From: a virus
Lineage: Duplodnaviria > Caudoviricetes
Direction: 5' to 3' (one strand)
Length of the DNA stretch: 55,099 nucleotides
IMG/VR virus record: IMGVR_UViG_3300020473_000035
Span: 1-55,099 of that record
In this document: positions 15,505 through 22,525 of the stretch, piece by piece
Numbering within the stretch: position 1 is the stretch's first letter
Layout: every line of letters begins with the position of its first letter
Program-made: the position numbers and the translations under genes
Notes under the pieces: generated by a model
Told to the model about the DNA's origin: nothing
Database searches by the model: none
The model's input: only the letters and a program-made list of their open reading frames with translations

Positions 15505-15719
15505 TCCCAGGTTCCCCGCTCATCAAACAAGTCTTCAACAGAACCCGTAAAGCTATGCGGGGCCATTTCGCGCAGATTTTCTCGGGTACGACGTGCAATA
15601 ATGCGATTCGCATTGCGCCCCCCGCAATCCAAGCAAGTTCTATAGCCCAACTCCCTACGTTTATAGTTGTAGTCCTCGCCACAGTTGATGCATTCGGCGT
15701 ATTTAATCTCGACTTTCAT
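15501..15719 (-). CDS. C4 zinc-finger protein
   Basis: CINC...CLDC; AGGAG RBS. Confidence 0.75.
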   Translation of the reverse strand: MKVEIKYAECINCGEDYNYKRRELGYRTCLDCGGRNANRIIARRTRENLREMAPHSFTGSVEDLFDERGTWE

Positions 15720-15993
15720 AATACTCTCCTTGGTTGTTATAGTAATGATAGCGTCTTCTCAAATTGTAAAGGTTTATTTCGCACTCGGTTCCTTCGCGAT
15801 TGTCGCGTGCCATCCCGCGAAAGCGTTTGTGGGTATTGCGATAAGGAAATGGAATATCGGTGAGCCAACGTATACGCCATGACCATGTGCCATGCACTTC
15901 GATTCTCTCCATCAAAATCCCATGATGGCCCGGGTAGGAGTGGTATTTGCTGGTGACGATTAGATCGCCTTGTTTGAACTTATAGTGACTCAC
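15703..15993 (-). CDS. MKVGDLV-related small protein
   Basis: FKQGDLIV...HGILM. Confidence 0.7.
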   Translation of the reverse strand: MSHYKFKQGDLIVTSKYHSYPGHHGILMERIEVHGTWSWRIRWLTDIPFPYRNTHKRFRGMARDNREGTECEINLYNLRRRYHYYNNQGEYYESRD

Positions 15994-16180
15994 TGATTAT
16001 CTCCAACTTGTGCCCCCTTACCCATGTGCGTTCAACGCCGGGAGTCAGCGGCAATACAAAATACCAATCGTCAACTGTGCCTGGACGCTTGGCATCTGGA
16101 TAGTCTGGTTCAAGGCATTCAATCACACACATTTGTTTAACTCCTCGTATCTGTGCCCACACTAAATCTCCTCGCTTCAC
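15980..16180 (-). CDS. MKVGDLV-family small protein
   Basis: MKRGDLVW...LEIISESL. Confidence 0.75.
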   Translation of the reverse strand: MKRGDLVWAQIRGVKQMCVIECLEPDYPDAKRPGTVDDWYFVLPLTPGVERTWVRGHKLEIISESL

Positions 16181-16401
16181 TTATCTGTCCCAATCCATTC
16201 AAAATCACTTCCCAACCATTCTTCGGGGGGATCGCTCGATGGAAACTTAACAACAATGGTTTCTTGTTGGTATCGCGACTGCTCAAACGTCTTGATAACA
16301 ACTCCAACCTTGAGGATATATTCACCATAACCACCATGATTGATGTGGTTCTTGGCGACCTCTCGGTCCATTACTACTAAGTCTCCTACTATAAATCGCA
16401 T
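16177..16401 (-). CDS. MKVGDLV-family small protein
   Basis: FIVGDLVV...GVVI. Confidence 0.7.
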   Translation of the reverse strand: MRFIVGDLVVMDREVAKNHINHGGYGEYILKVGVVIKTFEQSRYQQETIVVKFPSSDPPEEWLGSDFEWIGTDK

Positions 16402-16436
16402 TCTTGTGTCTGTTGTGTGGGTGGAAGGGAAAAAAT

Positions 16437-16685
16437 TTACCGCGAAGTTTCTTCGTCAACATCTCTCTCTACGCAAACTACCTCTGCGTCTGTCTCAATC
16501 CAAACTCGCGCGCCGCAAGAGAGCGGCTTGTCTGGTGAATATACTACTCTGCATGGTCCGTCGATGATCGCCTCGTGACAATAATCATTAGACTTATAAG
16601 TCTTGACCGTCAAAACTGCTTCTCGATTGCCCGATTTGTGATTGGAACGTATCTTGTGTTGATTGACATGTATTCGCTTCTTCAT
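16437..16685 (-). CDS. conserved-type hypothetical phage protein
   Basis: IHVNQHKIRSN...KPLSCGARVWIET; AGGG RBS. Confidence 0.8.
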   Translation of the reverse strand: MKKRIHVNQHKIRSNHKSGNREAVLTVKTYKSNDYCHEAIIDGPCRVVYSPDKPLSCGARVWIETDAEVVCVERDVDEETSR

Positions 16686-16700
16686 GTTTTTCCCTATAAA

Positions 16701-16777
16701 TGGTGGACCCTGTAGGACTTGAACCTACGACCCTCGCGTTATGAGCGCGGTGCTCTAACCAACTGAGCTAAGGGTCC
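16701..16777 (-). tRNA. tRNA with CAU anticodon, probably Ile2 (lysidine type)
   Basis: GGACCCT acceptor, CTCATAA loop, GTTCAAG T-loop, CCA end; resembles ileX-type. Confidence 0.9.
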
Positions 16778-16788
16778 ATTTACTCATC

Positions 16789-16956
16789 TCATCGGCAAAG
16801 CGGAAGTTTCACAAACAAGGTGACATCCTCTTTAGCTTGCCACTTGTTTTCCTTAATGTACTTCGCTTTAGCCTTCTCTGCATCCGACGCCCGAACGTGC
16901 GCCAATCTCTCATATTCTTTAGTGTTTTTGTTATATTGCATAATGGTGTATTCCAT
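16789..16956 (-). CDS. small hypothetical protein
   Basis: 55 aa, AAGGAG RBS, lies between tRNAs. Confidence 0.65.
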   Translation of the reverse strand: MEYTIMQYNKNTKEYERLAHVRASDAEKAKAKYIKENKWQAKEDVTLFVKLPLCR

Positions 16957-16979
16957 TTTCTTTCTCCTTATATTGAATA

Positions 16980-17055
16980 TGGCACCCCAAAGAGGATTTG
17001 AACCTCTGACCCTCGGTTTAGAAGACCGATGCTCTATCCGCTGAGCTATTGGGGC
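16980..17055 (-). tRNA. tRNA-Arg(UCU)
   Basis: Cloverleaf, CTTCTAA loop, CCA end. Confidence 0.95.
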
Positions 17056-17058
17056 TGA

Positions 17059-17277
17059 CTATTTACCTGATAGTATAACACGGGAGAACTCGCTTGTCAA
17101 GCGTTCATCCTTATTAAATATCACTCCGTGATGACCGGGGATCAAAGCCAACACTCGATAAGTCTTCGAGCGCTGCGAGATTTGCTCCCATGCCATGGTA
17201 CGATCCGGGTTCGCAATCTCCTGCGAAAAGAACGGCTCGTTAGTGGCTGAATCCAACCAGATTACTGTGTAACACAT
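17059..17277 (-). CDS. hypothetical protein
   Basis: 72 aa, AGGAG RBS. Confidence 0.65.
   Translation of the reverse strand: MCYTVIWLDSATNEPFFSQEIANPDRTMAWEQISQRSKTYRVLALIPGHHGVIFNKDERLTSEFSRVILSGK
17072..17100 (-). promoter_or_regulatory. sigma70-type promoter for tRNA-Arg
   Basis: TTGACA-N17-TATACT. Confidence 0.75.
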
Positions 17278-17286
17278 CCATTTCTC

Positions 17287-17475
17287 CTATGTCGGCTCAA
17301 TGAGCCATAGTGGGCATACAACCCGTTTTCCTTCGCGGTAGCCTTTCTTTTTGGGCACGTTGACCCAACCTTCCGGCGTTTCCACCAAGCATTCGTCCCC
17401 ATCACATTGATCAATGACGCACTCTGGCTCTTCGGGAACATCAAAAGCCAGCAGCATAAGTATAAACAACATCAT
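17287..17475 (-). CDS. small secreted Cys-rich protein
   Basis: N-terminal hydrophobic segment, 4 Cys. Confidence 0.65.
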   Translation of the reverse strand: MMLFILMLLAFDVPEEPECVIDQCDGDECLVETPEGWVNVPKKKGYREGKRVVCPLWLIEPT

Positions 17476-17508
17476 TCTTCGTTCTCCATATAAACATACT
17501 GCAAATTG

Positions 17509-17694
17509 TTATCCGTCATAGAATTCCATGTTTAAACCGTATAACCTTTGGGCTAGTTTTTCAATTAATCTTAGTTTAAAATCATCAGACAAACCGGAAG
17601 TAAATGTTAGACTATCTTCATATTCTGATTCTTTAACCACTTCATCGATCAGTGCTTCTGCTTCTGTTTTTGCATGATATAAAAAATAACTCAT
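17509..17694 (-). CDS. hypothetical protein
   Basis: 61 aa, GAGGAG RBS. Confidence 0.65.
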   Translation of the reverse strand: MSYFLYHAKTEAEALIDEVVKESEYEDSLTFTSGLSDDFKLRLIEKLAQRLYGLNMEFYDG

Positions 17695-17716
17695 TCTTCG
17701 TTCTCCTCTTTGAAAG

Positions 17717-17789
17717 TGGGTTGTGTGGGATTCGAACCCACGACCCTCGGCTTAAAAGGCCGGTGCTCTGCCAACTGAGCTAACAACCC
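17717..17789 (-). tRNA. tRNA-Lys(UUU), CCA not encoded
   Basis: GGGTTGT acceptor, CTTTTAA loop, GTTCGAA T-loop. Confidence 0.95.
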
Positions 17790-17793
17790 AAAA

Positions 17794-17945
17794 GTTCCCC
17801 CGACACCAAACTTCGATGGAGTCACAGCTTCAAACGTACCATGGGTGCTTTTTCCTATCTCGGAGAAGTGACCTAACTTCCTGCTACCATACGGTGGTGG
17901 CCTGCACCAAGTGTCGCTTTTCCAAGGCGACGACGAACGGGGAAC
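17794..17945 (-). ncRNA. putative structured ncRNA inside tRNA operon
   Basis: Ends pair GTTCCCC/GGGGAAC; internal stems GTCGC/GCGAC and GGTCAC/GTGACT. Confidence 0.4.
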
Positions 17946-17951
17946 GGAAAA

Positions 17952-18038
17952 TGGTAGCTCCGATGGGACTCGAACCCATAAGCTCAATCGAGCGCGAGAT
18001 TTTAAGTCTCGTGTGTATGCCAATTCCACCACGGAGCC
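17952..18038 (-). tRNA. tRNA-Leu(UAA)
   Basis: CTTAAAA loop, long variable arm, CCA end. Confidence 0.95.
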
Positions 18039-18057
18039 ATTCCTTAATTGTGATACC

Positions 18058-18112
18058 ATTATGCCACATGTAGCTCAAGAAGTCAACACTTATTTTGTCA
18101 GTGAAATGTCAA
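18058..18112 (-). promoter_or_regulatory. triple-TTGAC promoter element N (tRNA operon)
   Basis: TTGACA-N5-CTGACA-N9-TTGACT-N17-CATAAT. Confidence 0.8.
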
Positions 18113-18363
18113 GACTCTTTTGCTTTCCTCAAAACTTCAATCTCCCAGGTAGCAAAGTTCCGACGAACGCCATCTGTGCATAAAACCTCGTACATGATGT
18201 CCCGATCAAAAAACACAACTTGATGTTCCTTGATGGATAGAATGATTCCAATGAAAAACAGTTGCTCATATTGTTCCTGCAAATAGGAGGGATAATACAA
18301 ATACTCAAAATCATATTTACATATGACCAAATCGCCTCGGGCATATTTGAACTTCTTGGGCAC
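18109..18363 (-). CDS. MKVGDLV-related small protein
   Basis: YARGDLVI...GIIL...IEVL. Confidence 0.7.
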   Translation of the reverse strand: MPKKFKYARGDLVICKYDFEYLYYPSYLQEQYEQLFFIGIILSIKEHQVVFFDRDIMYEVLCTDGVRRNFATWEIEVLRKAKES

Positions 18364-18379
18364 ACAATAAGTATGTGCG

Positions 18380-18784
18380 TCAGTCTACTTTTTTTAGCCA
18401 TTCGGCGGGATACCACCCAGAATTCCGTCTAATCTGTATTTGTTCATATTCTGACGGGCGTTTAAGCCACTGAACGCGCACAAAGTTTACTTTCGCTCCT
18501 TGTTCTACGGGCTTAAGGGGTCGATATGAATGAAATGAGTTGTACCTTAAAAATGCTTCAGCCACTTCTACAGGTAAGCCGCATTCCTCAATAAATGTTG
18601 AACAGGCAGCATTGCGCTGCTGCCAAGTGTGGCCGCCCTCTCTCGTTTTATATAAAGAACACAGCGCATCGGGCACTTTCATTTCCTTTACAACATCTTC
18701 GATGTGTATAGTAACCAGGCCAATTCCTGGCTGTTTTCGTCTAAACAGTTTGACCAAATCGCCAACCTGCACAGTTTTTTTCAT
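18380..18784 (-). CDS. MKVGDLV-related protein with insertion
   Basis: VQVGDLVKL...GIGLV...VRVQW; AAGGAG RBS. Confidence 0.75.
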   Translation of the reverse strand: MKKTVQVGDLVKLFRRKQPGIGLVTIHIEDVVKEMKVPDALCSLYKTREGGHTWQQRNAACSTFIEECGLPVEVAEAFLRYNSFHSYRPLKPVEQGAKVNFVRVQWLKRPSEYEQIQIRRNSGWYPAEWLKKVD

Positions 18785-18786
18785 AC

Positions 18787-19071
18787 TTACTCCTTATCTT
18801 TAATAATTGAACCAATACTTCCTCGTGGGCATTTCATGATCATGTGACGCCAACCCATCCACTTTGTAGTATGCAGGGCATCTTTTATATATGGCTCTAA
18901 AAAGTCTTCAGGGTTCTCCACTTCAAGATAAAGCACCACGTGCTTCCCTCCATCATCCGACTCAAAACGAACAGCATATACTAAATCACACACTGCTTGC
19001 ACGTGCTTCTCTAATTCTCTCTTAGCTTCCTCCTCTGGTGCCTTCTCTCCACTGAAAAATATGTTTGCCAT
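18787..19071 (-). CDS. hypothetical protein
   Basis: 94 aa, GGAG RBS. Confidence 0.75.
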   Translation of the reverse strand: MANIFFSGEKAPEEEAKRELEKHVQAVCDLVYAVRFESDDGGKHVVLYLEVENPEDFLEPYIKDALHTTKWMGWRHMIMKCPRGSIGSIIKDKE

Positions 19072-19074
19072 GAT

Positions 19075-19323
19075 TTAATCTCCACTTAATAATTCAAAGT
19101 TGTCATGTATCATATGTAGCAATTGCCAAGTCCCATCGGCAAAGCAAAAAACTGCTATATTGTTGTGAGAGCCGTCTTCTCCCGATAAGCCCACCTCCAT
19201 AACGATGCCATAATTGTAAATGGGTTCTTGAGGATACACACCTCCAAGATCTCCTGGTGCTGCGTAGTATTCATAATCCACTACCCAGCGAACCAACGAG
19301 CCGCGCTTTAGCTTTTGTCCCAC
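19075..19323 (-). CDS. MKVGDLV-related small protein
   Basis: LKRGSLVRW...GIVMEV...FELLS. Confidence 0.7.
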   Translation of the reverse strand: MGQKLKRGSLVRWVVDYEYYAAPGDLGGVYPQEPIYNYGIVMEVGLSGEDGSHNNIAVFCFADGTWQLLHMIHDNFELLSGD

Positions 19324-19355
19324 ACAGTATATATGGTGCCGAAATCATTAAACTG

Positions 19356-19384
19356 ATTATATACTATACAGAATGAGAAGTCAA
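19356..19384 (-). promoter_or_regulatory. sigma70-type promoter
   Basis: TTGACT-N17-TATAAT. Confidence 0.7.
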
Positions 19385-19385
19385 G

Positions 19386-19649
19386 CTATTCTTTCAATTT
19401 TGTTTTAATTATATCAGCATAGTAAGGACCACTGCGATATCTTACTGTTATGTCGCATTTGCCCTTGAATATATTCCGTAGGTCTTTTAAAGAAGGGGAA
19501 ACGGGGCCATGTTCAGTTTCCATATATATTGAGGCAGGGCCGCGATTGGCCAACTTTAAAGCATCACGATGGACCGCCTTCAATGAAGAATAAACACCAT
19601 GAAAGCCCAGGTGTTCATCAAAAAGACAATATGTATATATTTTAGTCAT
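19386..19649 (-). CDS. hypothetical protein
   Basis: ORF in operon, overlaps upstream stop. Confidence 0.65.
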   Translation of the reverse strand: MTKIYTYCLFDEHLGFHGVYSSLKAVHRDALKLANRGPASIYMETEHGPVSPSLKDLRNIFKGKCDITVRYRSGPYYADIIKTKLKE

Positions 19650-19923
19650 GCAAAGAACCGCTGAATGGAGATGAGATACGATCAACTACCGCTCGCATAG
19701 CGACGTCTACCACTTCTTCATAAAACATTATTTCCTTTTTCTTGACAGCCATTAGCGCGGTATCCTGCTCTTCAATTGCGGCGTCATATTCTTCTTGAGC
19801 TTGTAAAAGAGCTTCCAATGTGTTTGTGAAACAATAGTTGTAGTACAGTCCATAACCAAACTTCTCAGCGTTCTCATAAGCATCCTTAAAAGGCCCAAGT
19901 CCTGCTATTTTTCGCGACATCAC
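19642..19923 (-). CDS. hypothetical protein
   Basis: 93 aa, GGAGG RBS. Confidence 0.7.
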   Translation of the reverse strand: MMSRKIAGLGPFKDAYENAEKFGYGLYYNYCFTNTLEALLQAQEEYDAAIEEQDTALMAVKKKEIMFYEEVVDVAMRAVVDRISSPFSGSLHD

Positions 19924-20153
19924 TTTTTACAACCTCCGCAAGTGCGTTTCATCTTTTTGCGTTCGGCTGGGTCTACTTGCAACTTCTGAAAATTTTCGAT
20001 AGCATCCTCCATCACTCGACCTCTTGCCAAAACTTTAATCTTATTGTCTTGCCTGCGAAATGCGCCGCACATCACAATTTGTTTGGAGGGCACATGAAGC
20101 AGATATTCCCCAGGATAAACCACGCTCTCTTCAGTGATCACATCAAATTTCAT
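19920..20153 (-). CDS. hypothetical protein
   Basis: 77 aa, GAGG RBS, C-terminal CGGC. Confidence 0.75.
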   Translation of the reverse strand: MKFDVITEESVVYPGEYLLHVPSKQIVMCGAFRRQDNKIKVLARGRVMEDAIENFQKLQVDPAERKKMKRTCGGCKK

Positions 20154-20154
20154 C

Positions 20155-21141
20155 TTATTCCTCTTTTATTGTCATCATTTGATCATACGCTTCGCGCTTA
20201 AGCTGACTAAGGCGATCCAACACCCCATCGCGGCGAAGCATTTTAAAGGCTATGTTTTCGGCTGAGAATTCGGCTTCTTCAGATTCAAGCCCAACTTTAC
20301 GCATGTCTCTGATCTTCTCTTTGATTCTATCTACACAGCGAATGGCTTGCTCATAGTCCTTGCGTTTGCCTATAACCTCTTTCTCGATACATTCTGCCCT
20401 GTCGGTGTAATCTTGCGCCTTCTTCTCGGCGGTATCAAAATCTATCTGGGAGTCTCCAAGCTCGGGTTTAACAAGCCAGTCAGCCGCATCTTCACCAGCA
20501 GTCCACGAGTCTGCGCCTAACGAATAAATACCTGAAGACTTGTGTTCTTCACCCACGTCTTCCACATAGATTTCAACCTCAAACCCATGAATTAGAATGC
20601 GATGCTGGTCGTTCCAGCGCATCCTCACCTCGTCAAAAAAAGCTTTGACCAGTCCAGTATCCTCATTAATTTTGGAGAAGTCTACAATGATGTGGAGGTC
20701 TATATCAGAATACTTAGACCAGTTATAGTTAGCCAGAGAACCTGTAAGTCTTACGTCTTCAACAGTGATGGGGGCACCTAAGTCCTTAGATTCCTCAATT
20801 TTCTCAATAAAATCGCGTGCTATCTCAACAAGACGTTTTTCGACTTCCTCATTTAATCTGTCATCCCGCCAAATATCAGGCTGAAGTTCATCGTGCAATT
20901 TGAAGCTGGATTTTTCTGCCTCCTCCAATCCTCCAGGGGCACCCGGCGGGGCGGAAATGTCATTAAACTTCTTACGTCGAAAGTTCGGACGGCGGTTTTT
21001 GGGATACCCACCTTTCTTTTGTGGGCCAGTGTCCAAGAACCACTTTAACGAACGTTCAATGCCATCACCAGATTTACGCGAACGTTTATTACGATACTTC
21101 TTGGCCTCTTCTAAGGTCTGTAAATAATCGTCCCAACTCAT
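20155..21141 (-). CDS. Pol-beta superfamily nucleotidyltransferase
   Basis: hGS...DxD motif TGSLANYNWSKYSDIDLH, third acid in EVEIYVE. Confidence 0.85.
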   Translation of the reverse strand: MSWDDYLQTLEEAKKYRNKRSRKSGDGIERSLKWFLDTGPQKKGGYPKNRRPNFRRKKFNDISAPPGAPGGLEEAEKSSFKLHDELQPDIWRDDRLNEEVEKRLVEIARDFIEKIEESKDLGAPITVEDVRLTGSLANYNWSKYSDIDLHIIVDFSKINEDTGLVKAFFDEVRMRWNDQHRILIHGFEVEIYVEDVGEEHKSSGIYSLGADSWTAGEDAADWLVKPELGDSQIDFDTAEKKAQDYTDRAECIEKEVIGKRKDYEQAIRCVDRIKEKIRDMRKVGLESEEAEFSAENIAFKMLRRDGVLDRLSQLKREAYDQMMTIKEE

Positions 21142-21142
21142 T

Positions 21143-21484
21143 TCAATCGCCTCTTCCATAAATAGTCTGTTCACCGTCTTCAAAGGTGATAATAGTGCCA
21201 TTACCTGGATGTGAAGTTACATGTATTTTTATAAAATCGTCGAATGCATCAAAAAATGCAATCGAGCCACGTGGCGCTGGCGTCAGCCAGTGAATCACAG
21301 TGTGGCCAGTAGCAAACATTGCTCCCTCAATAACAACACCTTCCCCCGAAATACCAGTTTCATCATTTTGCCTGCAAACCGTAAAAGTGCGAATACCCTG
21401 TGGTGCTCGGTTACTTGGCTTTTTAGGCTTTAAATCTTCTGGCTCGGTGGAAGCAGTCGATTGGTCCACATCTTCAGTCATCAC
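21143..21484 (-). CDS. hypothetical phage protein
   Basis: DETGISGEGVVIEG motif; AGGAG RBS. Confidence 0.75.
   Translation of the reverse strand: MMTEDVDQSTASTEPEDLKPKKPSNRAPQGIRTFTVCRQNDETGISGEGVVIEGAMFATGHTVIHWLTPAPRGSIAFFDAFDDFIKIHVTSHPGNGTIITFEDGEQTIYGRGD
21158..21166 (-). promoter_or_regulatory. candidate late-promoter motif ACTATTTAT
   Basis: Same or near motif just upstream of RBSs at 26510, 34077, 41715. Confidence 0.4.
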
Positions 21485-21714
21485 GCATCTCCTTTTGGTT
21501 CGATATCAAGAAGCGCATCCAGACAAATGTCACTAACTGCTTCATAGGCTGCTTTGTCTGCTGCGATTACGTCAGGACAACCTGCGCGGAGTTCTTCTTC
21601 AGCGTCGTAACGCTCCTTGAGGCCCTTGACGGATCTTTGAATATCCTCAACCTGTTTCTGTATTGTTTTAAATTGTTCCAACAGTTGGTGATAACAATTA
21701 TCTTTCTTGCTCAT
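21481..21714 (-). CDS. coiled-coil hypothetical protein
   Basis: 77-aa ORF. Confidence 0.7.
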   Translation of the reverse strand: MSKKDNCYHQLLEQFKTIQKQVEDIQRSVKGLKERYDAEEELRAGCPDVIAADKAAYEAVSDICLDALLDIEPKGDA

Positions 21715-21747
21715 ATTTCATTCCCTTTGTTCACATGATACCCTAAT

Positions 21748-22515
21748 TTACTTTAATAGTGTAGCCCAATCTATTTTAAAAGCTGGGACTACAATAACTA
21801 TGTTTTCCAACACGTCCACGCCATACATTGTTTCGCCTATATCTATTGCCAATATATATCCTACAAACTGACCATTCGCCGTAAACACTCCAGAACCAGA
21901 GGCGCCGCCCCATGCGAAAGAGTGCATATAAATATAGTCCCCTTCCGTATAGCCAGCCACCCTCCCTGCAAAAGTTAAAGGCCCCGTGCTATTTGGAAAA
22001 CCAGTGTAAAAAAGTTTTGTTTGTGCTGATAGCGTTTCTCTCCATTCGGACGCTTTAGGTAATGCTCGTGGGAAATTAATTGGAGTCAGGGAAGGTATTT
22101 CCTCCACTTCGATAATTGCGTAATCAATGGCTGCATTGCCAATTGCGACCCTTTTACATGGTGTAAACCCCTCACTCTCGGTCCATATGCGAGTTAGTTC
22201 GCACGGCCCCACCAAACCATGCATGACGGTCAGAACATAATAGTTGCCTTGCATCCTAAAATAAGTTCCAGTGGTTGTGGCCACCCCTTGCTCTGGCCCC
22301 ATAGACAAGACGCGAACTGTGCTTGCTCTGGATCTCTTAAGAGTCTGCCGCTCTACAGCGGGCAACAGCGAAGTGATGTTTTCTACTTCTTGAATTTCTT
22401 GTGTTGTAGGTAATTCTATTAATGTTTTATGTACGCCCATAAAGATCAAGGCAGCTAAGCCAGCCCCTGCTAAAACAGCCGCTGTAATTCTCATAATTTT
22501 CTTGAGCACGCGCAT
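21748..22515 (-). CDS. membrane-anchored trypsin-like serine protease
   Basis: N-terminal TM; TVMH (His), DYAII (Asp), GASGS (Ser). Confidence 0.85.
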   Translation of the reverse strand: MRVLKKIMRITAAVLAGAGLAALIFMGVHKTLIELPTTQEIQEVENITSLLPAVERQTLKRSRASTVRVLSMGPEQGVATTTGTYFRMQGNYYVLTVMHGLVGPCELTRIWTESEGFTPCKRVAIGNAAIDYAIIEVEEIPSLTPINFPRALPKASEWRETLSAQTKLFYTGFPNSTGPLTFAGRVAGYTEGDYIYMHSFAWGGASGSGVFTANGQFVGYILAIDIGETMYGVDVLENIVIVVPAFKIDWATLLK

Positions 22516-22525
22516 CTTTCAAATC

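Noticed and set aside
688-16401. Diversity-generating retroelement or integron as the source of mini-gene diversity
   Set aside because: No RT, no TR/VR pair differing at adenines, no integrase and no palindromic attC sites visible
17691-18078. ORFs 17691-18059 and 17884-18078
   Set aside because: They overlap tRNA-Leu and tRNA-Lys; spurious
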